Assembly (NCBI GenBank): GCA_949295505.1
Contig: CASFLH010000017.1
Location: 61,793 to 125,792 of the forward strand
Reading direction: 5' to 3'
From: an uncultured Spirochaetales bacterium
GTDB taxonomy: Bacteria > Spirochaetota > Spirochaetia > Sphaerochaetales > Sphaerochaetaceae
DNA length: 64,000 nucleotides
Made by a program: the position numbers and the translations under genes. Of this stretch, positions 54,815 through 64,000 are shown piece by piece. The number at the start of each line of letters is the position of its first letter. Position 1 is the stretch's first letter. The notes beneath the pieces were generated by a model, which saw nothing but the letters and a program-made list of their open reading frames with translations, was not told the origin of the DNA and ran no database searches.

Positions 54815-55618
54815 TCAGCGCCTGACCCATTCCGTTTCCGCTTCGAATACAGCGGAAAGAGAGCCATCCTCTTCCTTCTTCACAATGCGGGTGAAGAAGA
54901 CTGGAGAGTCTTCCTCAAGAGGATTATCGCTTTCGGAATATGTTTCCACCCTGATGTCATCACCATCGAAAGTCTGCTTCACCCAGTGGCAATCAATGGT
55001 TCTGAGCCTATGGGAATCCTGGAAAGAGAAGGGGAAGGCATCGGCAAGCCAGTTTATATAGCTCACATTGTTGATGTGCCCGTTCGTGTCGGTGTCATAA
55101 TAATTCGTGCGCGGCGTGAAATCCGGGAGGCGGAAACCTCTGAAGTCATCTGCAATCCTCAGCTTTCCGATATCCGGATCGATGTACCTGACCTCTGGTT
55201 CCGGCAGCTTGAAGTATTTCAGAGCCTCGTTTGGCCTTATCGGGCGCTTGCGGTCGATGTCGATAATCACCCAGTGGCTGATGGTCGTGAAGATAGCAGA
55301 GCCGTCTTCCGCCATTCCTTTAACGAGACGCGGTGCGAACAGCTTGAATGGGTTCTCCGCCCATGTCTCTATATTTACATTCTCTCCCCAGTCCGGAAGC
55401 CGGTCTATGATCATCTTGGCTCTTACTATGACCCAGGTCTTGTTCTCTGCAGCCACAAGATCAGATATCCCGCAGTGCACCTTTGTTGAATGCTTTGCCG
55501 CGGCTTCCTGCAGCATCGAGAAGAAAAACGGTATCCTGGCTTTGAAGAATCTGTCAGTGTCCGTGCTTCTGACTTCCATTGCGTCATGGCCTATTCCGTT
55601 CTCATCAATCGTGAACAT
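54815..55618 (-). CDS. Acyl-[acyl-carrier-protein] thioesterase
   Basis: Double hot-dog pattern (VRSTDTDRFFKARIPFFFSMLQEAAAKH ... NKTWVIVRAKM ... YDTDTNGHINNVSYINW). The start was moved to ATG 55618, which gives a 14-nt overlap with rsmD. Confidence 0.78.
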   Translation of the reverse strand: MFTIDENGIGHDAMEVRSTDTDRFFKARIPFFFSMLQEAAAKHSTKVHCGISDLVAAENKTWVIVRAKMIIDRLPDWGENVNIETWAENPFKLFAPRLVKGMAEDGSAIFTTISHWVIIDIDRKRPIRPNEALKYFKLPEPEVRYIDPDIGKLRIADDFRGFRLPDFTPRTNYYDTDTNGHINNVSYINWLADAFPFSFQDSHRLRTIDCHWVKQTFDGDDIRVETYSESDNPLEEDSPVFFTRIVKKEEDGSLSAVFEAETEWVRR

Positions 55619-56159
55619 TTTCTTTTTCCTTCCTATAGAACAGCAGAATCGATCTGCCATATTTCCTTTCATCTGTCAGATGGAAGGAACCATCCTCACC
55701 AGGCCATAGTTTTCTCTCTTCGGCCGGTATGTGGATAATGAAGAGTCCATCATCCTTAACCGCAGCGCCTTTTTCTGCGGCATGCAGGATCTGGATTTTG
55801 TCCTGCATGGGGAAGGGAGGATCTGCATATACGATGGAATAGTGGTAAGCTCCTGAAGAGAGGAAACGGAGCGCATCAATCATGAAAAGCCTGTGGTTCT
55901 CCTCTACGAAGGAGAGATTCTTCTCGATTGTGGCTTTCTTTCCTCTGTCAGCTTCGACAAGATGCACAGGATCGGCGCCTCTTGAAGCTGCTTCGATCGC
56001 GACGCAACCCGACCCCGAGTAAAGATCCAGAAATGAGAGTCCTGAAAGGTCCCCAAGAATGGAGAAGAGGGACTCCCTCATCCTGTCCATGGCAGGCCTG
56101 ATGATGCCCGGTGGGCACTGAACCTGCCGCCTTACGTATTTTCCTCCCGTTATCCTCAT
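55605..56159 (-). CDS. rsmD: 16S rRNA (guanine966-N2)-methyltransferase
   Basis: MRITGGKYVRRQV...RPAMDRMRESLFSIL, DLYSGSGCVAIEAASRGA and YADPPF motifs. Confidence 0.88.
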   Translation of the reverse strand: MRITGGKYVRRQVQCPPGIIRPAMDRMRESLFSILGDLSGLSFLDLYSGSGCVAIEAASRGADPVHLVEADRGKKATIEKNLSFVEENHRLFMIDALRFLSSGAYHYSIVYADPPFPMQDKIQILHAAEKGAAVKDDGLFIIHIPAEERKLWPGEDGSFHLTDERKYGRSILLFYRKEKENVHD

Positions 56160-56190
56160 GCCTCGAGATTAGCCAAAGCGAGGCTGTTTT

Positions 56191-56760
56191 TCAAGCTTCG
56201 TCCGGCCATAGGCCAAGATCCGGAGCGACCTTCGTCATGCCATCAATTGCCAGCTGGATGATGTCTGCGGCCTCCATGCCAAGCATTTCACACCCCTGGG
56301 TTATAATCTCCCTGTTGACGCCGGCTGCAAATGATTTATCCTTCCACTTCTTCTTTATTGACTTGACTGAGATTCCTTTCATCTTTTCCGGACGCATGAG
56401 AGCCGTGGCTGTTATGAGTCCCGTAAGCTCATCAACGGTGAAAAGCATTTTCTCCATCATCTTCTCGGGCTTCACGTCCGTTACAAGTCCATATCCATGG
56501 CTGCATATTGCATGAACCATGTCTTCCGGCGCGTTGATTTCCGTAAGCAGCTCAGGGGCTTTCCTGCAGTGCTCTTCCGGAAATTTTTCCCAGTCTATAT
56601 CGTGAAGGAAGCCTACAATGCCCCAGAATTCAGCATCTTCACCATAACGTTCTGCCGCTTCTCTCATCACCGCTTCCACAGAAAGCGCATGATGGTAGAG
56701 GCTTTCTGATTCGTTGTATTTCCTGAAGAGCTTCTCAGCTTCTTCTCTTGTCACTGCCAT
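56191..56760 (-). CDS. HD-domain phosphohydrolase family protein
   Basis: H...HD motif (YHHALSVEAVM ... GFLHDIDWE); 189 aa. Confidence 0.75.
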   Translation of the reverse strand: MAVTREEAEKLFRKYNESESLYHHALSVEAVMREAAERYGEDAEFWGIVGFLHDIDWEKFPEEHCRKAPELLTEINAPEDMVHAICSHGYGLVTDVKPEKMMEKMLFTVDELTGLITATALMRPEKMKGISVKSIKKKWKDKSFAAGVNREIITQGCEMLGMEAADIIQLAIDGMTKVAPDLGLWPDEA

Positions 56761-56802
56761 ATTCTCCTCCTTCCAGGGATTATATTCATTTTGCCATGGT
56801 GT

Positions 56803-58839
56803 TCACAGATGCCGTGTTTCAATCATGCTCCTGTGACTTTGCAGCGCTGTCCTTAGCACGGCATTCTCTGCTTTAAGCAGCCCCCTGTCCTCTCTGATGA
56901 TTCTGTCAGCCTCTGCTCTGGCTCTTTCCACGATATCAAGATCGCTTGTCAGATCCGCGAACCTGAGGTGCAGGAATCCAGACTGCTTGTCTCCCATCAT
57001 TTCCCCTGGTCCTCTTATCTCAAGATCCTTTTCCGCGATCCTGAAACCGTCATTTGTCTCCTTCATGACCTTAAGCCTGGCTTTTGCCTCTTCCGTAAGA
57101 CCCTTCCCGTAAACGAGGAAGCAGTAGGATGGGAGCGTGCTTCTTCCGACTCTTCCCCTTAGCTGGTGCAGCGCAGCGAGCCCGAAGCGTTCAGCATGCT
57201 CTATGACGATGCATGTGGCCTCAGGCACATCGATACCGACTTCAATCACGGATGTCGCGACAAGATAGCTGAGCTTCCTGTCCCTGAATGCATGGAGAAT
57301 GGACATCTTCTCATCATCCGGGAGCCGTGAATGAATAAGCGCAGAGGGGACGCCGGGATATTTCTCTTTGAGCAGCTCATACATGGTCGTGACATCCCTC
57401 AGATCACCTTCTCCTTCATCGTCGATCCGGGGATAGACGAAATATGCCTGATGCGAGCGCTGGAATTCGACACCGACAGCCCTGTACATCTCTTCCCTGC
57501 GATCCTCGCTTACAAGATATGTTTTCACAGGGATTCGTCCGGCAGGCATTGAATGGAGGACGGATACGCTGTAGTCAGCGAAAAGCGTCAGGGCAAGGGA
57601 TCGCGGTATCGGGGTTGCTGTCATTGAGAGGATGTCCGCATCCTGGCCTTTCCTCATCAGGGCTTCCCTCTGCTGCACGCCGAAGCGATGCTGCTCATCG
57701 ATTATGGCATAGCCGAGATTGCGGAATGCCACATCTTCAGAAAAGAGGGCGTGCGTGCCTATGACAAGATCAGTTGTTCCATCCTTCAGGGATTTCAGCA
57801 GCAGCTTCCTGCTTTCCCCTTTCACGCTGCCAGTAATGAACGCAATACGTATTCCCAGCGGCGCAAGGAGCGCAGCCGCGCCATCCGCGTGCTGTCTTGC
57901 CAGGAGTTCTGTCGGTGCCATGAAAGCAACCTGCTGACCTTTGTCGATGGCATGGAGTGCGGTGAGCCATGCGACAAGTGTTTTTCCAGATCCGACATCC
58001 CCCTGCAGCAGCCGGTTCATGGGAATGGGACTGTCGAGATCCTCCCTTATCTCCTCAGAAGCTTTTATCTGATCTTCCGTCAGAGCGAAAGGCAAGCTCT
58101 CAAGCAGAGACCTCTCCCTCCTGGAAATCATGCTGTGCTTCTGTTCTGTTCCGGGCTTCTCCCGCAGTATTGAGAGTTCCATGAGGAAGAGCTCGGTGAA
58201 GGCGAGCGTATTCAGTGCCTTTGCAGCCTCTTCCATCGAGGAAGGGAAATGAAGCTGCCTGTATGCATCTTCATGGTGCAGCAGATTCTCCTGCTCATAC
58301 ATCGTGGCGGGAAGCTCGTCAGGGATGGGTGAAAGCGCGGAGAGAGCATATTCGGCTGCGCGCCTCAGCATTTTCTCCGTGAGGCTGCCTGTCAGAGGAT
58401 AGACGGGGAGTATGCGTCCGATGCCGGCTTCTGACATTGTCTTTTTTATTTCGAATGAGGAAATCTGATATACACCATGGTTCCTCATGGCTTTGCCGTA
58501 GATGTACCAGTCGCTTCCTGTTCTCAGCTGTTCCTTCAGGAAATATCTGTTGAAGCAGAGCAGTTCTATTCTCGTGCCATCATCATCCACCGCTGTAACT
58601 TTCAGCGTTCTGCCGGCTTTGGAGCTGAATTCGGAGTGGGAAACAACAGTAATATGACAGGAGATGGTCGGATCGGCAGCATCCGCTTTTCTGATCCGTC
58701 TTTCTTCCCTCCTGTCATCGTAAGCCCTGGGACGGAGGAGAAGCATATCGCGGAGGGTGGTCAAACCAAGTGAATGGAGGTCTTCCGCGGCTTTCCTCCC
58801 GATACCTGGTGCTTCTGTTATCCTCCGTTCCTTTTCCAT
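56803..58839 (-). CDS. recG: ATP-dependent DNA helicase RecG
   Basis: Wedge/OB N-terminus, then helicase motifs GDVGSGKT, DEQHRFGV, SMTATPIPRS, QLRGRVGR and the TRG-like tail; 678 aa. Confidence 0.93.
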   Translation of the reverse strand: MEKERRITEAPGIGRKAAEDLHSLGLTTLRDMLLLRPRAYDDRREERRIRKADAADPTISCHITVVSHSEFSSKAGRTLKVTAVDDDGTRIELLCFNRYFLKEQLRTGSDWYIYGKAMRNHGVYQISSFEIKKTMSEAGIGRILPVYPLTGSLTEKMLRRAAEYALSALSPIPDELPATMYEQENLLHHEDAYRQLHFPSSMEEAAKALNTLAFTELFLMELSILREKPGTEQKHSMISRRERSLLESLPFALTEDQIKASEEIREDLDSPIPMNRLLQGDVGSGKTLVAWLTALHAIDKGQQVAFMAPTELLARQHADGAAALLAPLGIRIAFITGSVKGESRKLLLKSLKDGTTDLVIGTHALFSEDVAFRNLGYAIIDEQHRFGVQQREALMRKGQDADILSMTATPIPRSLALTLFADYSVSVLHSMPAGRIPVKTYLVSEDRREEMYRAVGVEFQRSHQAYFVYPRIDDEGEGDLRDVTTMYELLKEKYPGVPSALIHSRLPDDEKMSILHAFRDRKLSYLVATSVIEVGIDVPEATCIVIEHAERFGLAALHQLRGRVGRSTLPSYCFLVYGKGLTEEAKARLKVMKETNDGFRIAEKDLEIRGPGEMMGDKQSGFLHLRFADLTSDLDIVERARAEADRIIREDRGLLKAENAVLRTALQSHRSMIETRHL

Positions 58840-58840
58840 C

Positions 58841-59431
58841 TCAGAGCGGTATCCTCATGGCAAGGTCTGCGAGTATGATGAAAGCTCTCTTGAGCACGAA
58901 ATAGAGCGCGATGTTTATCGCAAGGGAAATGAGCGCAACAGTGCTGTCCTTGGGTATCCTGTTCCCGAAGCTTCTCCTGACCATGTTTGATATAGGGTCT
59001 GAAAACTGCCCGTACATGCTATACATCATCGGATTCCGTGTGAAAGCGGCTATCGTTCTGAAGATAAGCATGATGATGGAGAAGAAAAGGAATATCGAAA
59101 TGCCATATGCCCAGAACGCGTAGATGATGTTGGCAAGGATGATGCCGAGGGTGAGGAATCCGAAGTTCCCATACACAGACAGAAGGGATTGGACAACGGC
59201 AAGCACGCCCACTGCGAAGACCGGAGAGAAATCCAGCATCCCCATCTGCGCTTTTGATGAGCGGAAAAGGGAGAGGTATGGATCGACTATCCTTGCCATG
59301 TAGTAGGAGAACGAGCCCGGTCTCGGATACGGACGTACCCATGACACGATGATCCTTATCCAGATGAGGAATGAGTATATTTCCAATAGCCGTGCGAAGA
59401 ACAGCGAAATTGACATTAGAGTATGATGCAT
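58841..59431 (-). CDS. yggT: YggT family membrane protein, double-length
   Basis: LLEIYSFLIWIRIIVSWV ... IVDPYLSLFR ... LDFSP is the YggT signature. A second, weaker copy (IIMLIFRTIAAF ... SDPISNMVRRSF) follows; 196 aa. Confidence 0.7.
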   Translation of the reverse strand: MHHTLMSISLFFARLLEIYSFLIWIRIIVSWVRPYPRPGSFSYYMARIVDPYLSLFRSSKAQMGMLDFSPVFAVGVLAVVQSLLSVYGNFGFLTLGIILANIIYAFWAYGISIFLFFSIIMLIFRTIAAFTRNPMMYSMYGQFSDPISNMVRRSFGNRIPKDSTVALISLAINIALYFVLKRAFIILADLAMRIPL

Positions 59432-59452
59432 CTCTGAGCCTCCAATAAGAAG

Positions 59453-62400
59453 TTAAGAAATCCAGACCTTTCTGACCAGTGGGAGATTCTCGAGTTCATC
59501 AAGAAGGGATCGCGAATAGTCCACATGGTACATTCCGCTTGTTCTCAGTTCTTCCCTCTGGTTGCCTTCTATCGTCAATGCGACAGGAATGAATCCTTCA
59601 TGGTCCTGCAGGGCTTTCCCGATGTCCCTCAGCTCTTCTGGGCGGAAGGATCTGCTGTCCCTGAGCTGGATATGTACCATTGTCACAGCTTCCGGCTTCA
59701 GTTCCTTCGGTGAGCATACGGAGGAGAGAGTGAATGAGAGCCTGGTGTCTCCTTCCTTTTTGCGGAACGTCCCCCGGAATCCGTAAATCTGGTCCTCCTC
59801 GATCCTGTCACGCATTGTCTCATATATGGACGGGAAGGCGACGGCATCGACATCTCCTTCCTTCGTCTGGAGTGTGTAAATGCCCATTTTCTCCTTCTTG
59901 GCTTTTGTTATCACCTGTCTGACACCTGTCACCAGCGCGATAAGAGAAGTTTCCTGTTCCAGAGGTATTGTATCGTAATCGGCAAGGTTGACGCGCACAG
60001 AGGCCGCGATTTCCCGCTCGTAGGCATCAAGCGGATGTCCGGAGATATAGAAGCCGAGGTATTCCTTCTCCATCTGAAGCTTCTCCATCAGAGGCATTGG
60101 CTCAGCAGGCCTCATCGTGAATTCTCCGATTACAGGATCATCGGAACCAAAGAGAGAAAGCTGTCCATATGCTGTTGATTCCTTTGTCTCCTTGTCGAAC
60201 TGCAATGCGTCTTCCAGATTGTCCAGAAGCGTGGCTGTGTCAGTGCCAAGCTCCTCGAAGGCACCGGCTTTGATCAGCGATTCGACAGTCTTGGAATTGA
60301 TGCTCTCGCTCTGTCTGGAGAGAAAATCCATGAAATCCTTATACGGGCCATGCTCTTCCCTTTCCCTGATGATCTCGCCGACGATATTCTCCCCGACGTT
60401 CTTGATACCGGCTAGACCGTAGATGATATCGCCATCGACAACGTTGAAGTGCTTTTCGGATTTGTTGATTGATGGCGGAAGGATCCGCAGCCCATATTTC
60501 GGTGCGAGATTGAGATACTCCGTGAATTTCGCAGGATTGTTCATTTCATTGGTGAGGTTCGCTGCGAGGAATTCCGCCGGATAGTTTGCTTTCAGGAATG
60601 CTGTCTGGTAAGCCACGACAGAGTAGGCGACGGCGTGGGATTTGTTGAAGCCATAGCCTGCAAAAGGCTCGAGTATATGGAAAATCTCCTCTGCATGCTC
60701 TTCTGTGAATCCGTTCTTCACGGCACCAGCCTTGAATTTGACAAGCTCCTCAGCAAGCTTTTCCTTCTTTTTCTTGCCCATGATACGCCTGAGGTTGTCG
60801 GCTTGCCCGAGAGTGTATCCCGCGATTATCTGGGCGACTTTCATGACCTGTTCCTGGTAGACGATGACGCCGTATGTCTCCTTGAGCTCATCCTCAAGGC
60901 ACGGATCCGGGTACTTTATAGGCACACGGCCGAACTTGGCGTCGATGAACTGGTCAATGAACTGCATCGGACCAGGGCGATAGAGCGCATTCAAAGCGAC
61001 AAGTTCCTCTATCGTCTGCGGATGCTCTCGTCTCAGAATGTCAGCCATGCCATCTGATTCAAACTGGAATACGCACTTCGAATCGCCACGGCAGAGCATT
61101 TCGAAGGTTTTCTTATCGGTCTCGTCGATTTTATTGATATCAAAATCAGGATCTTTCTTGTGTATCAGCTCGACAGTGTGCTTGATAAGAGTCAGTGTCT
61201 TGAGACCCAGGAAGTCCATCTTCACGAGGCCGCAGTTCTCTATCTGCGTCATCGGATACTGCGTGGAGATCGACCCCGTCTTCGGATCCGCATAGAGCGG
61301 AACATACTGGTCGAGGTTCTCCCTTCCGATGACAACGCCGGCCGCATGCAGCGATGAGTGCCTGTTAAGGCCCTCGAGTCTCCTTGCGGTATCGAAAAGC
61401 TCTGCATAAAGCGGACCGCTTTTCTCTATTTCCTTCAGTCTCGGCTCCAGCTCGAAGGCTTTGTCCAGTGTCATCTTTAGCTCATCCGAGATGAGAGCAC
61501 ATATCTTGTTTGACTCCTCGTAAGGGATATCAAGGACACGGCATACATCCTTCACTACCTGTTTAGGCTTGAGTGTTCCGAATGTTATGATCTGTCCGAC
61601 CCTGTCCTTGCCATAATGCTCCGTGACGTAGTCGATGACCTGGCTTCGTCCTTCGAAGCAGAAGTCAACGTCGAAATCCGGCAGCGATACGCGTTCAGGA
61701 TTGAGGAAGCGTTCGAAGATGAGGTTGTATTTTATCGGGTCGACATCGGTTATGGTCGTTGCATATGCGACAAGGGACCCTGCACCGCTGCCGCGTCCCG
61801 GGCCTACCGGGATCCCATGGGTCTTTGCCCAGTGGATGTAGTCGCGCACGATAAGGAAGTACGCAGGGAAGTCCATCTGTATGATGATCCCGAGCTCGTA
61901 ATCAAGTCTTTTCTGCAGATCTTCCGTCACAACAGGGTAGCGTTTCTTCAGCCCTTCGTTCGCGAGGTACGTAAGATATTCCGCATCGGAGCTGAACTCG
62001 GGCGGAATCGTGCATTTCGGCAGGATAGGGCCAGGAAAATTTATCTCAAGATGACATCGCTCTGCGATTTTCCCCGTGTTCTCGACTGCTTCCGGACACC
62101 AGGAGAACAGCTCTGCCATCTCATCAGGTGTGCGGAAATAGAATTCTCCTTCCTTGTATCTCAGTCTGTTCTTGTCGCTTTTCTTTGCCGCCGTACCGAT
62201 GCAAAGGAGAGTGTCATGTGCATTCCAGTCGTCTTTCTCTATGTAATGTATGTCATTTGTGCAGACGGGAGGGATATCGAGTTCACGTGAAAGCCGGAGT
62301 ATGAGCGGCAGGACCTTCTTGTCCTCCGGCAGTCCATGGTCCTGCATCTCAAGATAGTACCTGTCTCCAAACACGCTTTTGTACCATAGCGCGGTCTCTT

Positions 62401-62863
62401 TCGCTTTCTCATAGTTGTCATGAAGCAGGTTCTGGGCAATCTCTCCCGCAAGGCAGGCAGAGAGGCAGATAATATCCTCGCTATGTGCCTTGAGGACTTC
62501 ATGGTCTATCCTTGGCTTGTAGTAGAAACCCTCTTTATATGATATGGAGTTGAGCTCCATCAGGTTGTGATACCCTTTGTCGCTCATGGCAAGGCATATG
62601 AGATGGTAATATCTGTTGCCTTCGGAAGAGGGTGATCTGTCGCGTCTGTTTGCAGCGATATAGAACTCGCAGCCGACAATCGGATTGATGCCTTCCTTGC
62701 GGCATGCCTCATAGAAAGTAACAGCGCCGAACATGTTCCCATGGTCTGTTATCGCGAGGGATGTCATGCCCGTAGCTTTCGCCTTTGCCATGTATTTCGG
62801 TATCGATGCTGCTCCATCAAGAAGCGAGTAGTCTGTATGGTTGTGAAGATGTACGAAGCTCAT
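59453..62863 (-). CDS. dnaE: DNA polymerase III subunit alpha
   Basis: PHP domain MSFVHLHNHTDYSLLDGA, GPGRGSGAGSLVAY, PDFDVDF, HAAGVVI; 1136 aa. Confidence 0.95.
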   Translation of the reverse strand: MSFVHLHNHTDYSLLDGAASIPKYMAKAKATGMTSLAITDHGNMFGAVTFYEACRKEGINPIVGCEFYIAANRRDRSPSSEGNRYYHLICLAMSDKGYHNLMELNSISYKEGFYYKPRIDHEVLKAHSEDIICLSACLAGEIAQNLLHDNYEKAKETALWYKSVFGDRYYLEMQDHGLPEDKKVLPLILRLSRELDIPPVCTNDIHYIEKDDWNAHDTLLCIGTAAKKSDKNRLRYKEGEFYFRTPDEMAELFSWCPEAVENTGKIAERCHLEINFPGPILPKCTIPPEFSSDAEYLTYLANEGLKKRYPVVTEDLQKRLDYELGIIIQMDFPAYFLIVRDYIHWAKTHGIPVGPGRGSGAGSLVAYATTITDVDPIKYNLIFERFLNPERVSLPDFDVDFCFEGRSQVIDYVTEHYGKDRVGQIITFGTLKPKQVVKDVCRVLDIPYEESNKICALISDELKMTLDKAFELEPRLKEIEKSGPLYAELFDTARRLEGLNRHSSLHAAGVVIGRENLDQYVPLYADPKTGSISTQYPMTQIENCGLVKMDFLGLKTLTLIKHTVELIHKKDPDFDINKIDETDKKTFEMLCRGDSKCVFQFESDGMADILRREHPQTIEELVALNALYRPGPMQFIDQFIDAKFGRVPIKYPDPCLEDELKETYGVIVYQEQVMKVAQIIAGYTLGQADNLRRIMGKKKKEKLAEELVKFKAGAVKNGFTEEHAEEIFHILEPFAGYGFNKSHAVAYSVVAYQTAFLKANYPAEFLAANLTNEMNNPAKFTEYLNLAPKYGLRILPPSINKSEKHFNVVDGDIIYGLAGIKNVGENIVGEIIREREEHGPYKDFMDFLSRQSESINSKTVESLIKAGAFEELGTDTATLLDNLEDALQFDKETKESTAYGQLSLFGSDDPVIGEFTMRPAEPMPLMEKLQMEKEYLGFYISGHPLDAYEREIAASVRVNLADYDTIPLEQETSLIALVTGVRQVITKAKKEKMGIYTLQTKEGDVDAVAFPSIYETMRDRIEEDQIYGFRGTFRKKEGDTRLSFTLSSVCSPKELKPEAVTMVHIQLRDSRSFRPEELRDIGKALQDHEGFIPVALTIEGNQREELRTSGMYHVDYSRSLLDELENLPLVRKVWIS

Positions 62864-62901
62864 TGCATCGGATTATAAGCGATGGCGCGCTTTTTGTCCT
62901 C

Positions 62902-63804
62902 TCATCTTTCCTCTGCCGGCAGTGTCAGCGTCTTCTCGTTGATCTCGTCGATGATTTCACGGAGAATGCCGCTTGTTCTTGTCCTCTGCAGCCCTGATAT
63001 ATCCTGGAATGATGATTCAACGAAAGTGAATATCATGGATTCCAGAGTGCTTACCTCGCTGTCATCGAGCGGGAAGCGAAGGGAGGAGAAGATACTGTCG
63101 ATATCCCTCGAGTAACAGACTCCATGCGTCGGATATGTGAAGGCGATCTTCGGGTTTATGAGGAGATCCTGGTCGAGGGTTGCCGTGAATGCCGCTGCAA
63201 CTGAATCTTCCGGGTCAAGCATGAAAGAGCCGACTTCCCTGAAGTACTGGCAGTTCTTCTCGGAGAAAGCAATCCTGACTCTTGAGATCATTCCCTGCGG
63301 AGGCAGTGTGATCTTTCCGCTCTTGTCGAGAAGACGGGTTATCTGCATCCAGCGGGAATGGAGCCTTTTCTTCTTGATGAATCTGACTTCAGCTGTCGCA
63401 TCCAGCGCAATAAGCGTTCCTGGAAATGATGTGGTGAAGCCTTTTGTGGATATCGTGCCACCAATAGTAGCCCTGCGGGTTATCAGGCGGCTGCCGATTG
63501 TCTGGATATTCTCAATGAGAGCTCTGGGCAATACGGTCTTCCCGGTGCTCATGATCTCGTCCAATGTGACCATCGCGCCGAATTCCGCAAAGCGGTCATT
63601 CCTCTGGAATCTGTGGAGTTCCTCTATATCCCCGAGATATATGATTTCCGCATTCATCGTCTTTGAAGGGTACGAGTCGGGGCGGGACATTATGAAGGTA
63701 CCCCCTGCCCACAGTGACGATTTCGGATAGTGGAGGATGACCGAGGCATACTCGCTGAGGTTCGCTGGTGTGTGTATATTAGGCGAACTGAGACCGTCGT
63801 ACAT
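62902..63804 (-). CDS. FAD-binding subunit of a xanthine dehydrogenase/CO dehydrogenase-family molybdoenzyme
   Basis: FAD_binding_5-like N-terminus (LWAGGTFIM ... IIYLGDIEEL ... FGAMVTL ... RRATIGGTI); 300 aa. Confidence 0.75.
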   Translation of the reverse strand: MYDGLSSPNIHTPANLSEYASVILHYPKSSLWAGGTFIMSRPDSYPSKTMNAEIIYLGDIEELHRFQRNDRFAEFGAMVTLDEIMSTGKTVLPRALIENIQTIGSRLITRRATIGGTISTKGFTTSFPGTLIALDATAEVRFIKKKRLHSRWMQITRLLDKSGKITLPPQGMISRVRIAFSEKNCQYFREVGSFMLDPEDSVAAAFTATLDQDLLINPKIAFTYPTHGVCYSRDIDSIFSSLRFPLDDSEVSTLESMIFTFVESSFQDISGLQRTRTSGILREIIDEINEKTLTLPAEER

Positions 63805-64000
63805 TTCTCTTCCTCCTTATCTCGATGCCCCGGCGAACGATTCTGACGGCATCATCAGGATCCATGCAAGGGCATTTCACAATCGAGAATTCCTTCAGTA
63901 TCTCCTCTGGATCGGAGATTCCTTCCTCGATGAGGGACTCGAATATGAGCGAGCGCGACGCATAGCATTCAGAGCAGGGATAGCTTCCGACACTCTCATA
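63779..64000 (-). CDS. C-terminal part of a probable [2Fe-2S]-binding small subunit (5-prime end beyond the window)
   Basis: The minus-strand frame is open from the window edge: ...YPCSECYASRSLIFESLIEEGISDPEEILKEFSIVKCPCMD... This is a C-x2-C ... C-x-C spacing like the second cluster of CoxS/XdhC-type subunits. The stop TAA is at 63779-63781, overlapping the next gene by 26 nt. Not in the ORF track because no Met lies within the window. Confidence 0.45.
   Translation of the reverse strand, partial: YESVGSYPCSECYASRSLIFESLIEEGISDPEEILKEFSIVKCPCMDPDDAVRIVRRGIEIRRKRNVRRSQFA

Noticed and set aside
61616-62290. 224-aa plus-strand ORF, and similar antisense ORFs at 63137-63730, 55107-55709, 16629-17234, 36924-37547, 26091-26654, 21078-21623 and 10968-11438
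   Set aside because: All lie antisense to, or out of frame within, genes of certain identity (dnaE, the FAD subunit, the thioesterase, leuS, gdhA, rluA, araA, DAHPS/PDT). They have no independent signals.

Overview
This is a dense, mostly housekeeping chromosomal segment. I count about 55 protein genes on both strands and roughly 50% GC by eye. I recognised no rRNA or tRNA genes, CRISPR array, transposase, integrase or phage genes.

Likely source (inference only): an anaerobic diderm, most likely a Treponema/Sphaerochaeta-like spirochaete. The clues are:
- three substrate-binding proteins (SBPs) with Cys-less signal peptides (...VFAGGSSE, ...LFAQGGAE);
- a short ParE/ParC pair;
- a small beta-barrel protein ending in Phe;
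- pyruvate:ferredoxin oxidoreductase (PFOR), cofactor-independent phosphoglycerate mutase (iPGM) and a YesM/YesN two-component system.

Recognisable genes, in order: gpmI (partial), two coupled membrane proteins, a 1126-aa GH13 enzyme, an EamA transporter, pth, an FMN reductase, nth, a fused DAHP synthase/prephenate dehydratase, a DUF4416-like protein, a lipoprotein, sdaA, a RelE/RHH toxin-antitoxin pair, leuS, a polar amino-acid ABC transporter, araA, a GNAT acetyltransferase, parE/parC, an RluA-family synthase, an Fe-ADH, a double-receiver/PEP-binding-domain protein with a tiny membrane partner, a five-gene LIV ABC transporter, gdhA, a small OMP, PFOR, a small AT-richer nuclease islet, mglBAC, a second MglB paralogue, a WYL-like/YesN/YesM operon, slyX, an acyl-ACP thioesterase, rsmD, an HD protein, recG, yggT, dnaE, and xanthine-dehydrogenase-type FAD and 2Fe-2S subunits (the last partial).

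Many ORF-track starts are TTG/GTG extensions. I trimmed them to ATG or RBS-supported starts.

Nothing here looks like a classical mobile or defence island. The items most worth a second look are:
1. the membrane-peptide / REC-REC-PPDK_N / Fe-ADH operon;
2. the translationally coupled WYL-like/YesN/YesM operon beside two MglB paralogues, and an MglC with a ~208-aa coiled-coil N-terminal extension;
3. the small cytoplasmic protein coupled to a secreted EndA/NucA nuclease, followed by two overlapping paralogous mini-genes joined at a G5 tract;
4. the long structured leader and perfect palindrome upstream of PFOR;
5. a repeated promoter geometry suggesting leaderless mRNAs.

All functional calls rest on motif and family recognition by eye. 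No searches were run.
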